Source: an uncultured candidatus Porisulfidus sp.
Lineage (GTDB): Bacteria; Pseudomonadota; Gammaproteobacteria; Poriferisulfidales; Poriferisulfidaceae
DNA length: 64,000 bases
Assembly (NCBI GenBank): GCA_965204575.1
Contig: OZ241993.1
Location: forward strand, 1,216,001-1,280,000
Reading direction: 5' to 3'
This document shows, piece after piece, positions 24,255 through 32,502 of the stretch (positions are counted from its first letter, which is position 1; each line of letters opens with the position of its first letter). Made by a program: the position numbers and the translations under genes. The notes beneath the pieces are model-generated. The model did not search any database. It had not been told where the DNA came from and was given only the letters and a program-made list of their open reading frames with translations.

Positions 24255-25208
24255 GTGTCCGAATCTCCCATGGCGGTGGTCGCGGGGGCCGTGCTCAATA
24301 CAGACGAAGAGAGGCCGGCGGTGTTGCTGGCCAAGCGGCATGCGTCCGCGCACCAGGGCGGCAAGTGGGAATTCCCGGGCGGCAAGATGATGGCCGGGGA
24401 GAATGCGGCGCAGGCGCTGGTGCGGGAACTGGAGGAGGAAATCGGCATCCGGGCGAAAACCTGGCGGCGACTGATCCGTTTTCCTTACGCCTATCCCGAA
24501 TTCAAAATGGACTTCGAGGTGTTCCGGGTGGAAACTTGGGACGGTCTCGCGAACGGGCGCGAGGGACAGGAAATTCGCTGGGTGCCGTTGTCGGAACTGA
24601 ACCAATGGACGACACCGCCTGCCAGCCGCCCGGTCATCCGCGCACTTCAGTTGCCTTCGCAGTACGCCATCAGTGCGGATCCTGAAAACGGAGTCGAGCG
24701 CTGGCGTTCCGACTTGTCGGCGACCCTGGAACGAGGCGCGAGGCTGATTCAACTGCGTGCGCACTCGCTGTCGGGCCCGGCATACGAACAACTCGCGCGG
24801 GAGGCTCTTGAGCCGATTCATGCGGCGGGAGGCCGGCTCGTGTTGAACTGCGAGCCCGAACGGGCAGCCCGTCTGGGTGCGGATGGCGTGCACCTCACGA
24901 GTGCACGCCTGCGGCAATTGGATTCCCGTCCGTTGCCGAAAGACTTTCTTGTCGGCGCGTCCTGCCACGGTTCTCAGGAACTGGATCAGGCGGTTCGGAT
25001 CGATGCGGACTTCGCGGTGCTGTCGCCGCTACGCGATGCGCCGCAGGCATTGGGTTGGAAAGGTTTCGCCTCGGCAGTCGCCGATGCAGCCCTGCCGGTG
25101 TACGCGCTCGGGGGGATGAATCCGGGAGATCAGGAAGCCGCCATCGAGGCCGGCGGGCAGGGGATCGCTGCGATTCGTGGTTTGTGGGGGCTCGCTCCCC
25201 GCGGGTAA
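24255..25208 (+). CDS. mutT: MutT-like Nudix hydrolase fused to a thiamine-phosphate-synthase-like domain
   Basis: Nudix box WEFPGGK...RELEEEIGI; C-terminal DGVHL, ASCH and YALGG TIM-barrel motifs; usual position after argJ. Confidence 0.88.
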   Translation: MSESPMAVVAGAVLNTDEERPAVLLAKRHASAHQGGKWEFPGGKMMAGENAAQALVRELEEEIGIRAKTWRRLIRFPYAYPEFKMDFEVFRVETWDGLANGREGQEIRWVPLSELNQWTTPPASRPVIRALQLPSQYAISADPENGVERWRSDLSATLERGARLIQLRAHSLSGPAYEQLAREALEPIHAAGGRLVLNCEPERAARLGADGVHLTSARLRQLDSRPLPKDFLVGASCHGSQELDQAVRIDADFAVLSPLRDAPQALGWKGFASAVADAALPVYALGGMNPGDQEAAIEAGGQGIAAIRGLWGLAPRG

Positions 25209-25221
25209 AGGGGCGGCTTGG

Positions 25222-25521
25222 TCAGCCGAGCAGCACGCCGATGAAGAAGGTGGTCAGGTAGATGACGATCAGGCCCAGCATGGAAAGCAGGCACAACAGG
25301 GTCACCAGGTGATGCGGGCGTCGGTGACCGACCAGGACGCCGGCAACCGCGACGGCGAACGAGGCCAATCCCAAGCTTTGCATGCAGCCCGTCTGGCAGC
25401 TGCGTGCCTCGAAAGGCCCTCCCAGCATGTTGAAGACCAATGCCACGGTCAGGCTCCAACTGACGGCCGTGGCCAGCACGGTCCAGGGCGAGATGGCGGT
25501 GTAGTAGCGGGAGGCGATCAT
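25222..25521 (-). CDS. Hypothetical membrane protein (99 aa, about 3 TM, CQTGC loop)
   Basis: Hydrophobic ORF filling the gap, co-oriented with the upstream DUF1640-like gene. Confidence 0.6.
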   Translation of the reverse strand: MIASRYYTAISPWTVLATAVSWSLTVALVFNMLGGPFEARSCQTGCMQSLGLASFAVAVAGVLVGHRRPHHLVTLLCLLSMLGLIVIYLTTFFIGVLLG

Positions 25522-25539
25522 GCAGTCATTCTATAACTT

Positions 25540-25923
25540 TCACGAGGGCGAGAAGACCCCCAAGAGGCTGGCCGCGACACCGATGACGAGCGGAATATAC
25601 CAGTAAAGCTTCTTGAATTCGGCCTGCATGTCGGAGCGCAGATCCTTGATTTCGCCCTGCAGGCGAAGTTCCATCTTGCCCATATCCACCCGTATGCCAG
25701 ACTCCATCTTCTGCATATCGGTCCGTATGCCGGATTCCATCTTCTTCATATCGGCCCGTATGCTGGACTCCATTTCCTCCATATCGGTCCGCAGGACATA
25801 TTCCATTTTTTCCATGTCGCTTTTCGTGGCCAAGTGGCGCTGGGCGTCATCAATGGCCTCAACCATGGCTCCGGCCTGATCTTCGCTGAAAGTAGCAGCT
25901 TGCAGAGACTTCATGACCCTGAG
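25540..25923 (-). pseudogene. DUF1640/CCDC90-like coiled-coil membrane protein, 3' part, interrupted by the IS
   Basis: LQAATFSEDQAGAMVEAI...LATKSD, 11-aa coiled-coil repeats and a C-terminal TM; removing the IS rejoins it in frame to PHFDK at 27322-27336. Confidence 0.8.
25670..25819. repeat. 33-bp tandem repeat, about 4.5 copies (11-aa unit MxKMESGIRxD)
   Basis: Units such as TCCATCTTCTGCATATCGGTCCGTATGCCGGAT start at 25670, 25703, 25736, 25769 and 25802. Confidence 0.9.
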
Positions 25924-26012
25924 TGATGGGATGGTTCGCCCCACTTCCTAAATCAGCCTTGGGCGGACACAATGAGGTTACCACTAACCATTGCGAAAGC
26001 AGGACGAACCCT

Positions 26013-27059
26013 ATGAAAGCTACTATACCTGACTCCCGGATCGCTTATTTGGGCATTGATCTGGCCAAGCATGTCTTTTACGCGTGCGGCATGACCGAGG
26101 CGGGCCGGGTGGTGCTGGAGAAGCGATTTACGCGCGCCCGACTGGAAAGGTTTACGGAGCAGTTGCCGCCGTGCCGGGTCGGGCTGGAGGCCTGCGGCAG
26201 CGCGCACCACTGGGCGCGCCGGCTGATCGGGCAAGGGCACGATGCCCGGCTGATCTCGCCGCACTTCGTCGCGCCCTTCGTGAAGTCGAACAAGAATGAT
26301 GCGCGGGACGCGGAGGCGATCTGCGAGGCGGTCAGCCGGCCGACGATGCGCTTCGTCCCGGTGCGGTCGGAGTCGGAACAGGCGATCCAGCACTGGCACC
26401 GGGCGCGGCAGCGGGTGGTGCGGAGCCGCACCCGCCTGGTCAACCAGTTGCGGGCGTTCCTGTACGAATACGGACAGGTACTCCCGCAGGGCGTCAAGGC
26501 GTTCCGGCGTCGGGTTCCGGAGCTTCTGGAAGACGGCGAGAACGGCCTGCTGCCGGAGGTTCGCGAGATGTTGGCGGACGGTTACGAGGAGTTGCTGGGG
26601 CTGGATGCGCGGGAGGAGCAATACCGCGCCCGGATCCAGGTGCATGCGGCTTCAGAGGAAGCCTGCGAGCGGCTGATGGCGATCCCGGGAGTCGGGGTGC
26701 TATGCGCCAGCGCTCTGGTCATGAAGTTCCGGGACGGGGGCGACTTCCGAAACGGTCGAGAGGCGGCGGCCAGTGTCGGCCTGGTGCCGCGGCAGCACAG
26801 TACGGGCGGACAGGTCCGGCTGGGCGGCATCAGCAAGCGGGGAGACCGGTATCTGCGCACTCTGATGATCCAAGGTGCCAGCTCGGTCGTGCGGCTGGCG
26901 GAACGGAAAGAGGACGGCCGCAGCCGTTGGGCCTCTGACGTGAAGCGGCGTCGCCATCGCAATATCGCGGTGGTGGCACTGGCCAACAAGAACATCCGCA
27001 TCGCCTGGGCTCTGCTCAGGAGCGGCGAAGCTTATCGGGAGGAAGTCTCTATGGCCTGA
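26013..27059 (+). CDS. IS110-family DEDD transposase/recombinase
   Basis: LGIDLAK, GLEACG and KNDARDA (DEDD); IPGVG; GLVPRQHSTGG (catalytic Ser region); GDRYLR; AGGA SD at 26001. Confidence 0.96.
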   Translation: MKATIPDSRIAYLGIDLAKHVFYACGMTEAGRVVLEKRFTRARLERFTEQLPPCRVGLEACGSAHHWARRLIGQGHDARLISPHFVAPFVKSNKNDARDAEAICEAVSRPTMRFVPVRSESEQAIQHWHRARQRVVRSRTRLVNQLRAFLYEYGQVLPQGVKAFRRRVPELLEDGENGLLPEVREMLADGYEELLGLDAREEQYRARIQVHAASEEACERLMAIPGVGVLCASALVMKFRDGGDFRNGREAAASVGLVPRQHSTGGQVRLGGISKRGDRYLRTLMIQGASSVVRLAERKEDGRSRWASDVKRRRHRNIAVVALANKNIRIAWALLRSGEAYREEVSMA

Positions 27060-27093
27060 GGCTTCCCCCTGAATCCCGGCGGCCACTGGCTGC

Positions 27094-27275
27094 CGATCGG
27101 TTGCAGGGAAGAAGCAGAACATGGCGAAACAGGTCGGACCGACGCGTCGGGAACCTGGTTGATAAACAGGCCTTCGAGGTCATCTCAGTGATGAGGCCGG
27201 CGCGTGCGGAACCCATGGGGGCCCGGGAGCTACGTTCTCCCGTCAAGAGGCCGGATATATGTTCGCACCCGATCG
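27094..27275 (+). ncRNA. Putative bridge RNA/seekRNA of the IS1111-group element
   Basis: Enclosing stem 27094-27104/27265-27275; stem 27142-27150/27197-27205 flanks segments matching the target; a second loop holds segments matching the element junction (see findings). Confidence 0.75.
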
Positions 27276-27321
27276 ATCGTCAAGGATGCTTCCCACTTGC
27301 AGGGAGGGGGCGAACCATATA

Positions 27322-27352
27322 TTTATCAAAATGTGGGGTATGAGGCGCCTCC
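27322..27352 (-). pseudogene. 5' fragment of the DUF1640-like gene (SD plus TPHFDK codons)
   Basis: Minus strand reads GGAGG-cgcctc-AT-ACC CCA CAT TTT GAT AAA, in frame with LRVMK across the IS. Confidence 0.6.
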
Positions 27353-27503
27353 GGTCTGTTCGCGCCGGGGGTGGCAACGGGCTCTTGAGTGCTGGATTTC
27401 AAGGACGTCTCTCCTTGACGAATAGATAGTGGGAGGAATTGCCCTGTTGAGAACATTCCTCGGGTTGGGAGGGATGGTCCAGAAGAAAGTTGGAAAGGCA
27501 AGG

Positions 27504-27556
27504 AAAAATGGTCTGAATTTTTAGACCATTTTTACTTATTGAAAATCAATAGGTTA
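27504..27556. promoter_or_regulatory. Operator-like inverted repeat and IHF-consensus site in an AT-rich divergent intergenic region
   Basis: AAAAATGGTCT-N8-AGACCATTTTT (27504-27533); AATCAATAGGTTA (27544-27556) fits WATCAANNNNTTR. Confidence 0.45.
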
Positions 27557-27710
27557 TGGATCGTTCCGGATACCGCTCTCGGTCAAATTTGTTCAAATTT
27601 TCAACATTGTCATGGATGCGGGCATGGAGGGAGTTCCGGCCTTTGGCACTGTCATGTTCGCTTCCGACAGTCGCGGGGTATGATGGGCGAAAGAGGAGAA
27701 ATTACGTCAC

Positions 27711-28121
27711 GTGTTCCGTTCCGCAATCGAAGCCGAAGACGCTTTCTACGAAGCATTCGCCCAGCAGGACGTCGAGGCCATGATGCAGGTGTGGGCGGAG
27801 GGCCGCCCGGTTTTCTGCATTCACCCAGGAGGTGATCTGCTGACCGGCCGGGAGGAAGTGGAGGAGAGCTGGAAACAGATCTTTGGGGCAGAGGTGCCAT
27901 TCCATTTCGAGCTGGAATACCACTATCGCGAGGAATTCGACGGGCAATTCGCCATCAGCCAGTTAACGGAAACCCTGTACCTGCGCCACCATGTCGTCGG
28001 CATCGTGCTGGCGACCAACGTCTATTGCGGCACGGACGAAGGCTGGCGAATGATCATGCACCATGCTTCGCCGCCGCCCGGTCCGGACGCACCGGAGTCC
28101 GGGGTGCCCGTCCTGCACTAA
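27711..28121 (+). CDS. NTF2/SnoaL-like family protein
   Basis: AFYEAF...DVEAMMQVW, CIHPG, ATNVY and WRMIMHHAS motifs. Confidence 0.85.
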   Translation: MFRSAIEAEDAFYEAFAQQDVEAMMQVWAEGRPVFCIHPGGDLLTGREEVEESWKQIFGAEVPFHFELEYHYREEFDGQFAISQLTETLYLRHHVVGIVLATNVYCGTDEGWRMIMHHASPPPGPDAPESGVPVLH

Positions 28122-29287
28122 GGAGTCCGGGTCAGGGACTGGAGCCCTTTGCGGTAGTACGCCTGCGCGGCTTCGCCTTGGCCCATCCGTTCCAGGGTTT
28201 CCGCCAACTCCCGATACAGCAGGGCATCCCCGCCCTGTTTCTCGAGGGCTTCCAATTGTGTCTGGGCTTCGCGGTGTTGCCCGAGGCGGCTGTGCAGCCG
28301 GGCCAGGGCCCGCCTCAGAGAGGCCCGTTCGGGATCCTGCTTCAGCCACTTTCGAATCCTCACGATCATGTCCGGGGTGGCTGGGCCTGGCAGTGTCCCG
28401 TACAGTTCGATTGCCGCATCGTCGAGACTGGCATCCAGCAGCTTGCACAGGTGTGGTTTCAGTTCCGGGTGTGTCTGCCCGTAGTACCGCAGCCGCTCGG
28501 CGTAGGAGCGCAGGACTTCCGGGTCATCGCGCGCATCCCCGAGTTTCGGCCATAGGGCCTTGAGTTCCATGTCTGTGGTGTTTTCGCATAGGCGATGGGC
28601 GGCATCACGCAGCCATTGACGGGTTTCGTCTTGCGGCAGGTTCGAATGGCGCGACTGGTCCCGGCCCAGTTCGAATAGCCGCTCCCAGCTGTTCAGCTCC
28701 CGGTAGCAACGGGCAAGCTGGCGGAGAATTCGGGGGTGGTTCGGATTGTCGCCAGCCAATACCTGCAGGACAGCCAAGGCTTCTTCCCATTCTTCCGCGG
28801 CAATCAGGCCATCCGCTTTGAGCCAGGTGGAGGCCGCCTGGTAGTCGGGGTCGTCGATCGCGCGCAGGTGCCCGCTCCAGGCATCCCGGTCGTTGGATTG
28901 GACGCAGGCCGAGGCGGCCAGCAGGCGAAACAACGACTGCTTGGGCTCCGTCTTTGCCGCCTGCTCCAGGTTCTGCCGCGCGGCGTCCAGTCGGTTTTCC
29001 AGCATGTTGCGTAGCCCCTTTGCGAGCAGGTTGTCTGCACGTTCGTGCCGGCGGCGCCGGTGTCGCTTCCGGAGGCGCTGCGGAGTTTCCAGTGTTCGGG
29101 CCAGCAGCCATACCAGCACGAAAAGCCCGAGCATAATCCCGGTGCCGATCAGCAGGGCCATCAGGAGAGAGGTGTGGACCGTGAGGTCGGCGATATACAC
29201 GATGACCTCGCCACCCTGGGTCTGGGCGAGCCAGGCCGCTAGGCCGGTCACCAGCAGCGCGACGAAAATCAACACCAGGATTTTCAT
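28118..29287 (-). CDS. hemY: HemY-family membrane protein with TPR-like repeats
   Basis: Two N-terminal TMs, helical repeats, terminal AYYRKGL; last gene of hemCDXY. Confidence 0.8.
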   Translation of the reverse strand: MKILVLIFVALLVTGLAAWLAQTQGGEVIVYIADLTVHTSLLMALLIGTGIMLGLFVLVWLLARTLETPQRLRKRHRRRRHERADNLLAKGLRNMLENRLDAARQNLEQAAKTEPKQSLFRLLAASACVQSNDRDAWSGHLRAIDDPDYQAASTWLKADGLIAAEEWEEALAVLQVLAGDNPNHPRILRQLARCYRELNSWERLFELGRDQSRHSNLPQDETRQWLRDAAHRLCENTTDMELKALWPKLGDARDDPEVLRSYAERLRYYGQTHPELKPHLCKLLDASLDDAAIELYGTLPGPATPDMIVRIRKWLKQDPERASLRRALARLHSRLGQHREAQTQLEALEKQGGDALLYRELAETLERMGQGEAAQAYYRKGLQSLTRTP

Positions 29288-30261
29288 TGGGTGAGCGGCA
29301 GCGTCCGGGTCAGTTGATCAAAATCGATGGAGGGGGGGAACGGGTGCTGCTCCCGGAGCGCTTCCAGGTCATGTTTCAGTGCGGGGTAACTGTTTTCAAG
29401 TGCCGGTTGCGAGAGCAGGTCAAGGGTGTGATCGAGAGATTGTGTGTAGGCGTCAGCGCGGTGGGATTGAAGCGCGAGGCGAGCCAAGTACAGTTCGGTC
29501 TGGGCCGCGTACAGAATCAGGACATGCTGATAGGCCGAGATGGTCTGCACGGCCTGCGGGGCGCCCTTTTTGACCTCGATGTGCTCGTCAAACTGCTCGA
29601 CGATGGAATCCCAGATTTTCTCCCAATTGCCAGTGGGCAAGACCTCGTTCTGGTGTTCGACCTCCGCCTGCAATTGCGCAATCTTCTCGCTGAGCACCAG
29701 CCAGCTGCCGGTCAGGATGCGGTGCGCATGCTCCGCTTCTTCACCGCGGTAGCCCTCCAGGGTCGAAATCGCCTGGTCCACTTGTTGGATCAGGGTGTGG
29801 TAGTGCACCGGATCCAGGGAGTCGAGGACTTGGCGAGCTTGGCGCAGGGCACTCAGCGTCCCGAGAGAGTCCTGGAGGTAGTTCTGCTTGTATTGCGCGA
29901 TCTGCAGCAGGAAAGCGAGTTCTTCAACCGGGTACTGGCGAGGATCGGGTGCGATCGAAATCGGAGCCAGTTTCTGCTGCAGGAGAGTCTCGTAGGCCGT
30001 GTATCGGATCCGCAACTCCTCCAGGAATTGATCCACCAAGGCTTGGGTTCGATACTGCTCCTCGGACAGGCCCGTCAGGCGCCGGTCGACTTCCATCAGG
30101 GCTTGGTGCGCCGACTGGTGAGTTTCGAGCTGGCGGTCGCGCAGTTCGAGGAAACGGGTCTGCGTGTCGGTCCACAGCATATACAGCATGACACCGACCG
30201 CGATCAGGCCCAGCCAACCAGCGACGGTCAACAGGACACCCAGTCGCGTCGCTCGGCTCAT
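29284..30261 (-). CDS. hemX: HemX-family protein
   Basis: N-terminal TM plus long coiled coil; position between hemD and hemY. Confidence 0.7.
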   Translation of the reverse strand: MSRATRLGVLLTVAGWLGLIAVGVMLYMLWTDTQTRFLELRDRQLETHQSAHQALMEVDRRLTGLSEEQYRTQALVDQFLEELRIRYTAYETLLQQKLAPISIAPDPRQYPVEELAFLLQIAQYKQNYLQDSLGTLSALRQARQVLDSLDPVHYHTLIQQVDQAISTLEGYRGEEAEHAHRILTGSWLVLSEKIAQLQAEVEHQNEVLPTGNWEKIWDSIVEQFDEHIEVKKGAPQAVQTISAYQHVLILYAAQTELYLARLALQSHRADAYTQSLDHTLDLLSQPALENSYPALKHDLEALREQHPFPPSIDFDQLTRTLPLTQ

Positions 30262-31034
30262 GAGACTATCTCTTCAGGCGGGAAATATGTTTTTAAAGCT
30301 TTGAACATAGCATCGTCCCCGGGGTTGTCGGCTATCCCCGGAAGGGCAGTGTAGCCGAGTTTCTGGCAGGCGGCAGCGATCCGTGCGTTGCCGGCGATCA
30401 GGCCGCAACCCATCAGGTCGTTCTTTTCTTCCGGCACGATGCATTCCCGAAGATTCTCGGCAATTTCGACACTGGTGACGCAGATGGCATCCGGGGGGCC
30501 GCCGGATGTTTCCTTGAGGGACAGCGCGCCGTCCGGAGGATTACGGCGGTAGACTTCCAGATACTGCACTTCCGCACCGCGATTGCGCAGTTCCTCGGCT
30601 AGCTTTTCTCGCCCGCTCTGTCCCCGGACAATCACAACACGGTGATGCTTCAGGTCTTGCAAGAAAGAGGTGGAAAGCAATGCTTCGCTGTTGTACGGGG
30701 GAGGGGCCACGATGCCGGGCTCCAGGCCGGCCTGCTCCAGCGCCGCCTCCGTGGCCGGGCCGATGGCGGCAATCATGGAAGCGCGCCGGACGGTCTGCAC
30801 GAGTTGATCCGAACCCGCGATCAGGCCACGCACGGCGTTGGTGCTGACGAAGACGACGAACGTCGCCTGTTCGGCCAGGGCTTGAGCGGTCGAATCCAGG
30901 GGAGTCAAGGCGATCCGGATCGCGGGGAAGTGGCTGACTTGCGCGCCTTGTTCGCGCAGACGTGCGGCCAGGGGCTCAACCTGTCCCTCGGGTCGGGTCA
31001 GGAGAATTCGGCGACCCGAAAAAGTACGGCTCAT
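30258..31034 (-). CDS. hemD: Uroporphyrinogen-III synthase
   Basis: ILLTRP, FVSTNAV, AIGPAT, SEALL, RGQSGRE and EVYRR motifs. Confidence 0.93.
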   Translation of the reverse strand: MSRTFSGRRILLTRPEGQVEPLAARLREQGAQVSHFPAIRIALTPLDSTAQALAEQATFVVFVSTNAVRGLIAGSDQLVQTVRRASMIAAIGPATEAALEQAGLEPGIVAPPPYNSEALLSTSFLQDLKHHRVVIVRGQSGREKLAEELRNRGAEVQYLEVYRRNPPDGALSLKETSGGPPDAICVTSVEIAENLRECIVPEEKNDLMGCGLIAGNARIAAACQKLGYTALPGIADNPGDDAMFKALKTYFPPEEIVS

Positions 31035-31960
31035 GCGTAGCCTGCGACGCCCAGTTCAGCCAGGATGTCCGCACCGCCTTGTTCCAGCAACTGTTTTGCG
31101 GCCATTGCGCCGGCAATTCTGGGCTCTCCTTCGGTCGCCGCACGCAGGATCAGGCTGCCGTCCGGGCGGGCGAGGCAGGCCTGGAGCTGGACTTCCTGGT
31201 CGCCGGTGCAGGCCGCGTGAGCGGCTAAGGGGACCTGGCAGCTGCCGGAAAGTGCACGGCTGACCATGCGCTCCGCAGTTACGGCGGCGGCAGTGGCCGG
31301 GTCGTGCAGCGCGCCCACCCAAGCCTGCGCGTGCGGGTGATCTTCGGCAATCTCGATTCCGAGTGCACCTTGGCCGATGGCGGGCAGGCACACCTCAGGT
31401 TCCAGGACCTGCGTGATTTGCTCGTCCAGCCCGAGCCGTTGCAGCCCCGCGCAGGCCAGCACGATGGCGTCGAAATCCCCTTCCTGCACCCGCTTCAGGC
31501 GGGTTCCGACGTTGCCGCGCAGGTCCAAAAACTGAAGATCGGGGAATCGTGCTTGCAGTTGCGCCCTGCGTCGCAGGCTCGATGTCCCCACGCGGCTGCC
31601 CGCAGGGAGTGCTTCGATCGTTTTGTGGCGAGGGGCGATAACCCCGTCCCGGGGGTCGGCGCGAGTGCAGATCGCGGCCAGCGTGAGGCCGGATGGAAGG
31701 TCCGCCGGCACGTCTTTCATCGAATGGACGGCCAGGTCGGCATCGCCGGACAACAGGCGATGCTCCAGTTCCTTGACGAACAGGCCCTTGCCGCCGAGCG
31801 CAGCCAAGGGATGATCCAGCATCTGGTCGCCCTCGGTCTGCACGCGCAGCAGTTCCGTGTGCAGGCCCGCTTCCCGGCTCAGTGCGTCGGCGACCAATTC
31901 GGCCTGCCGGACAGCCAGCGGACTGCGGCGGGTGGCGATACGGCAGAGGGGCGGACTCAT
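31031..31960 (-). CDS. hemC: Hydroxymethylbilane synthase
   Basis: IATRRSPLA, GKGLFVKE, HSMKD, GTSSLRR, LRGNV and GSCQVP motifs. Confidence 0.97.
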   Translation of the reverse strand: MSPPLCRIATRRSPLAVRQAELVADALSREAGLHTELLRVQTEGDQMLDHPLAALGGKGLFVKELEHRLLSGDADLAVHSMKDVPADLPSGLTLAAICTRADPRDGVIAPRHKTIEALPAGSRVGTSSLRRRAQLQARFPDLQFLDLRGNVGTRLKRVQEGDFDAIVLACAGLQRLGLDEQITQVLEPEVCLPAIGQGALGIEIAEDHPHAQAWVGALHDPATAAAVTAERMVSRALSGSCQVPLAAHAACTGDQEVQLQACLARPDGSLILRAATEGEPRIAGAMAAKQLLEQGGADILAELGVAGYA

Positions 31961-32352
31961 GGGGTGAATTGGATGGGCTGTTCCTCGGGCGCGTAGCAAC
32001 GGTCACTGACAAACGCAATGTCCCAGCTGTCGTCCTGCCTCTGGCGATACTGGATCTGTTTCAGGTCGGGCAGGGAGGTGCAGGCCAGCGCCAGTGCAGT
32101 GGCGGCCAGCGAGTCGTCGCCGCGCTGCAGCGCCTGAGGAATCAGGCTCGCGGCCAGTTGCGCACGCTTGAGCGAATCCGGGCGGTCGTAGCGCACGCCG
32201 TCCACTTTGAAGCCTTCCTGCAGCTTTTCCTCCAACTGGGAAACTGCTTCGCGCTGAGCCGGGTTCATGGCAATGGTTCGGTCCCAATACAACTCAAGAT
32301 TGCCGTCGATCAGCACGGCGACCTTTTCGTCGAAACTTTTAGGTGAATCCAT
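31957..32352 (-). CDS. Hypothetical protein, translationally coupled to hemC
   Basis: 131-aa globular-looking ORF with an ATGA overlap onto the hemC start. Confidence 0.75.
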   Translation of the reverse strand: MDSPKSFDEKVAVLIDGNLELYWDRTIAMNPAQREAVSQLEEKLQEGFKVDGVRYDRPDSLKRAQLAASLIPQALQRGDDSLAATALALACTSLPDLKQIQYRQRQDDSWDIAFVSDRCYAPEEQPIQFTP

Positions 32353-32502
32353 GTCGGGTCAAATTCAAGCTGAATAAGGATTTTACTTGCACAATCAACC
32401 CCATCATAAAGTAGTCACAATGTAGTCTTGAATGTTGATGCGTGTTGGGGCATAATGGGTTTGCCAGATGCCTGTAGGGGCTAAACCTAGAGATCGCCCA
32501 AA

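Larger units (their letters stand above)
25924..27321 (+). mobile_element. IS110-family, IS1111-group insertion sequence
   Basis: Perfect 12-bp sub-terminal IRs ATGGTTCGCCCC (25931-25942) and GGGGCGAACCAT (27307-27318), 7 nt and 3 nt from the ends; no target duplication; DEDD transposase; long 3' non-coding region; ends ambiguous by one shared T. Confidence 0.93.

Noticed and set aside
24255-25208. Nudix plus thiamine-phosphate-synthase-like fusion as a novelty
   Set aside because: Common arrangement after secA-argJ in Beta- and Gammaproteobacteria
25670-25819. Repeat array as a possible CRISPR
   Set aside because: Contiguous in-frame 33-bp units without unique spacers; no cas genes in the window
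25923-26012. N-terminal extension of the transposase in the ORF track
   Set aside because: Begins at the element boundary; the SD-preceded ATG at 26013 gives a normal IS110 N-terminus
25926-27323. Alternative IS boundaries restoring FDTLR
   Set aside because: Also in frame, but the 7/3-nt IR offsets, the junction -10 (TATGAT) and the TTGATAAAC guide all support 25924-27321
27049-27425. Short ORFs overlapping the IS 3' region
   Set aside because: No recognisable motifs; the region is better explained as structured RNA plus the IS end
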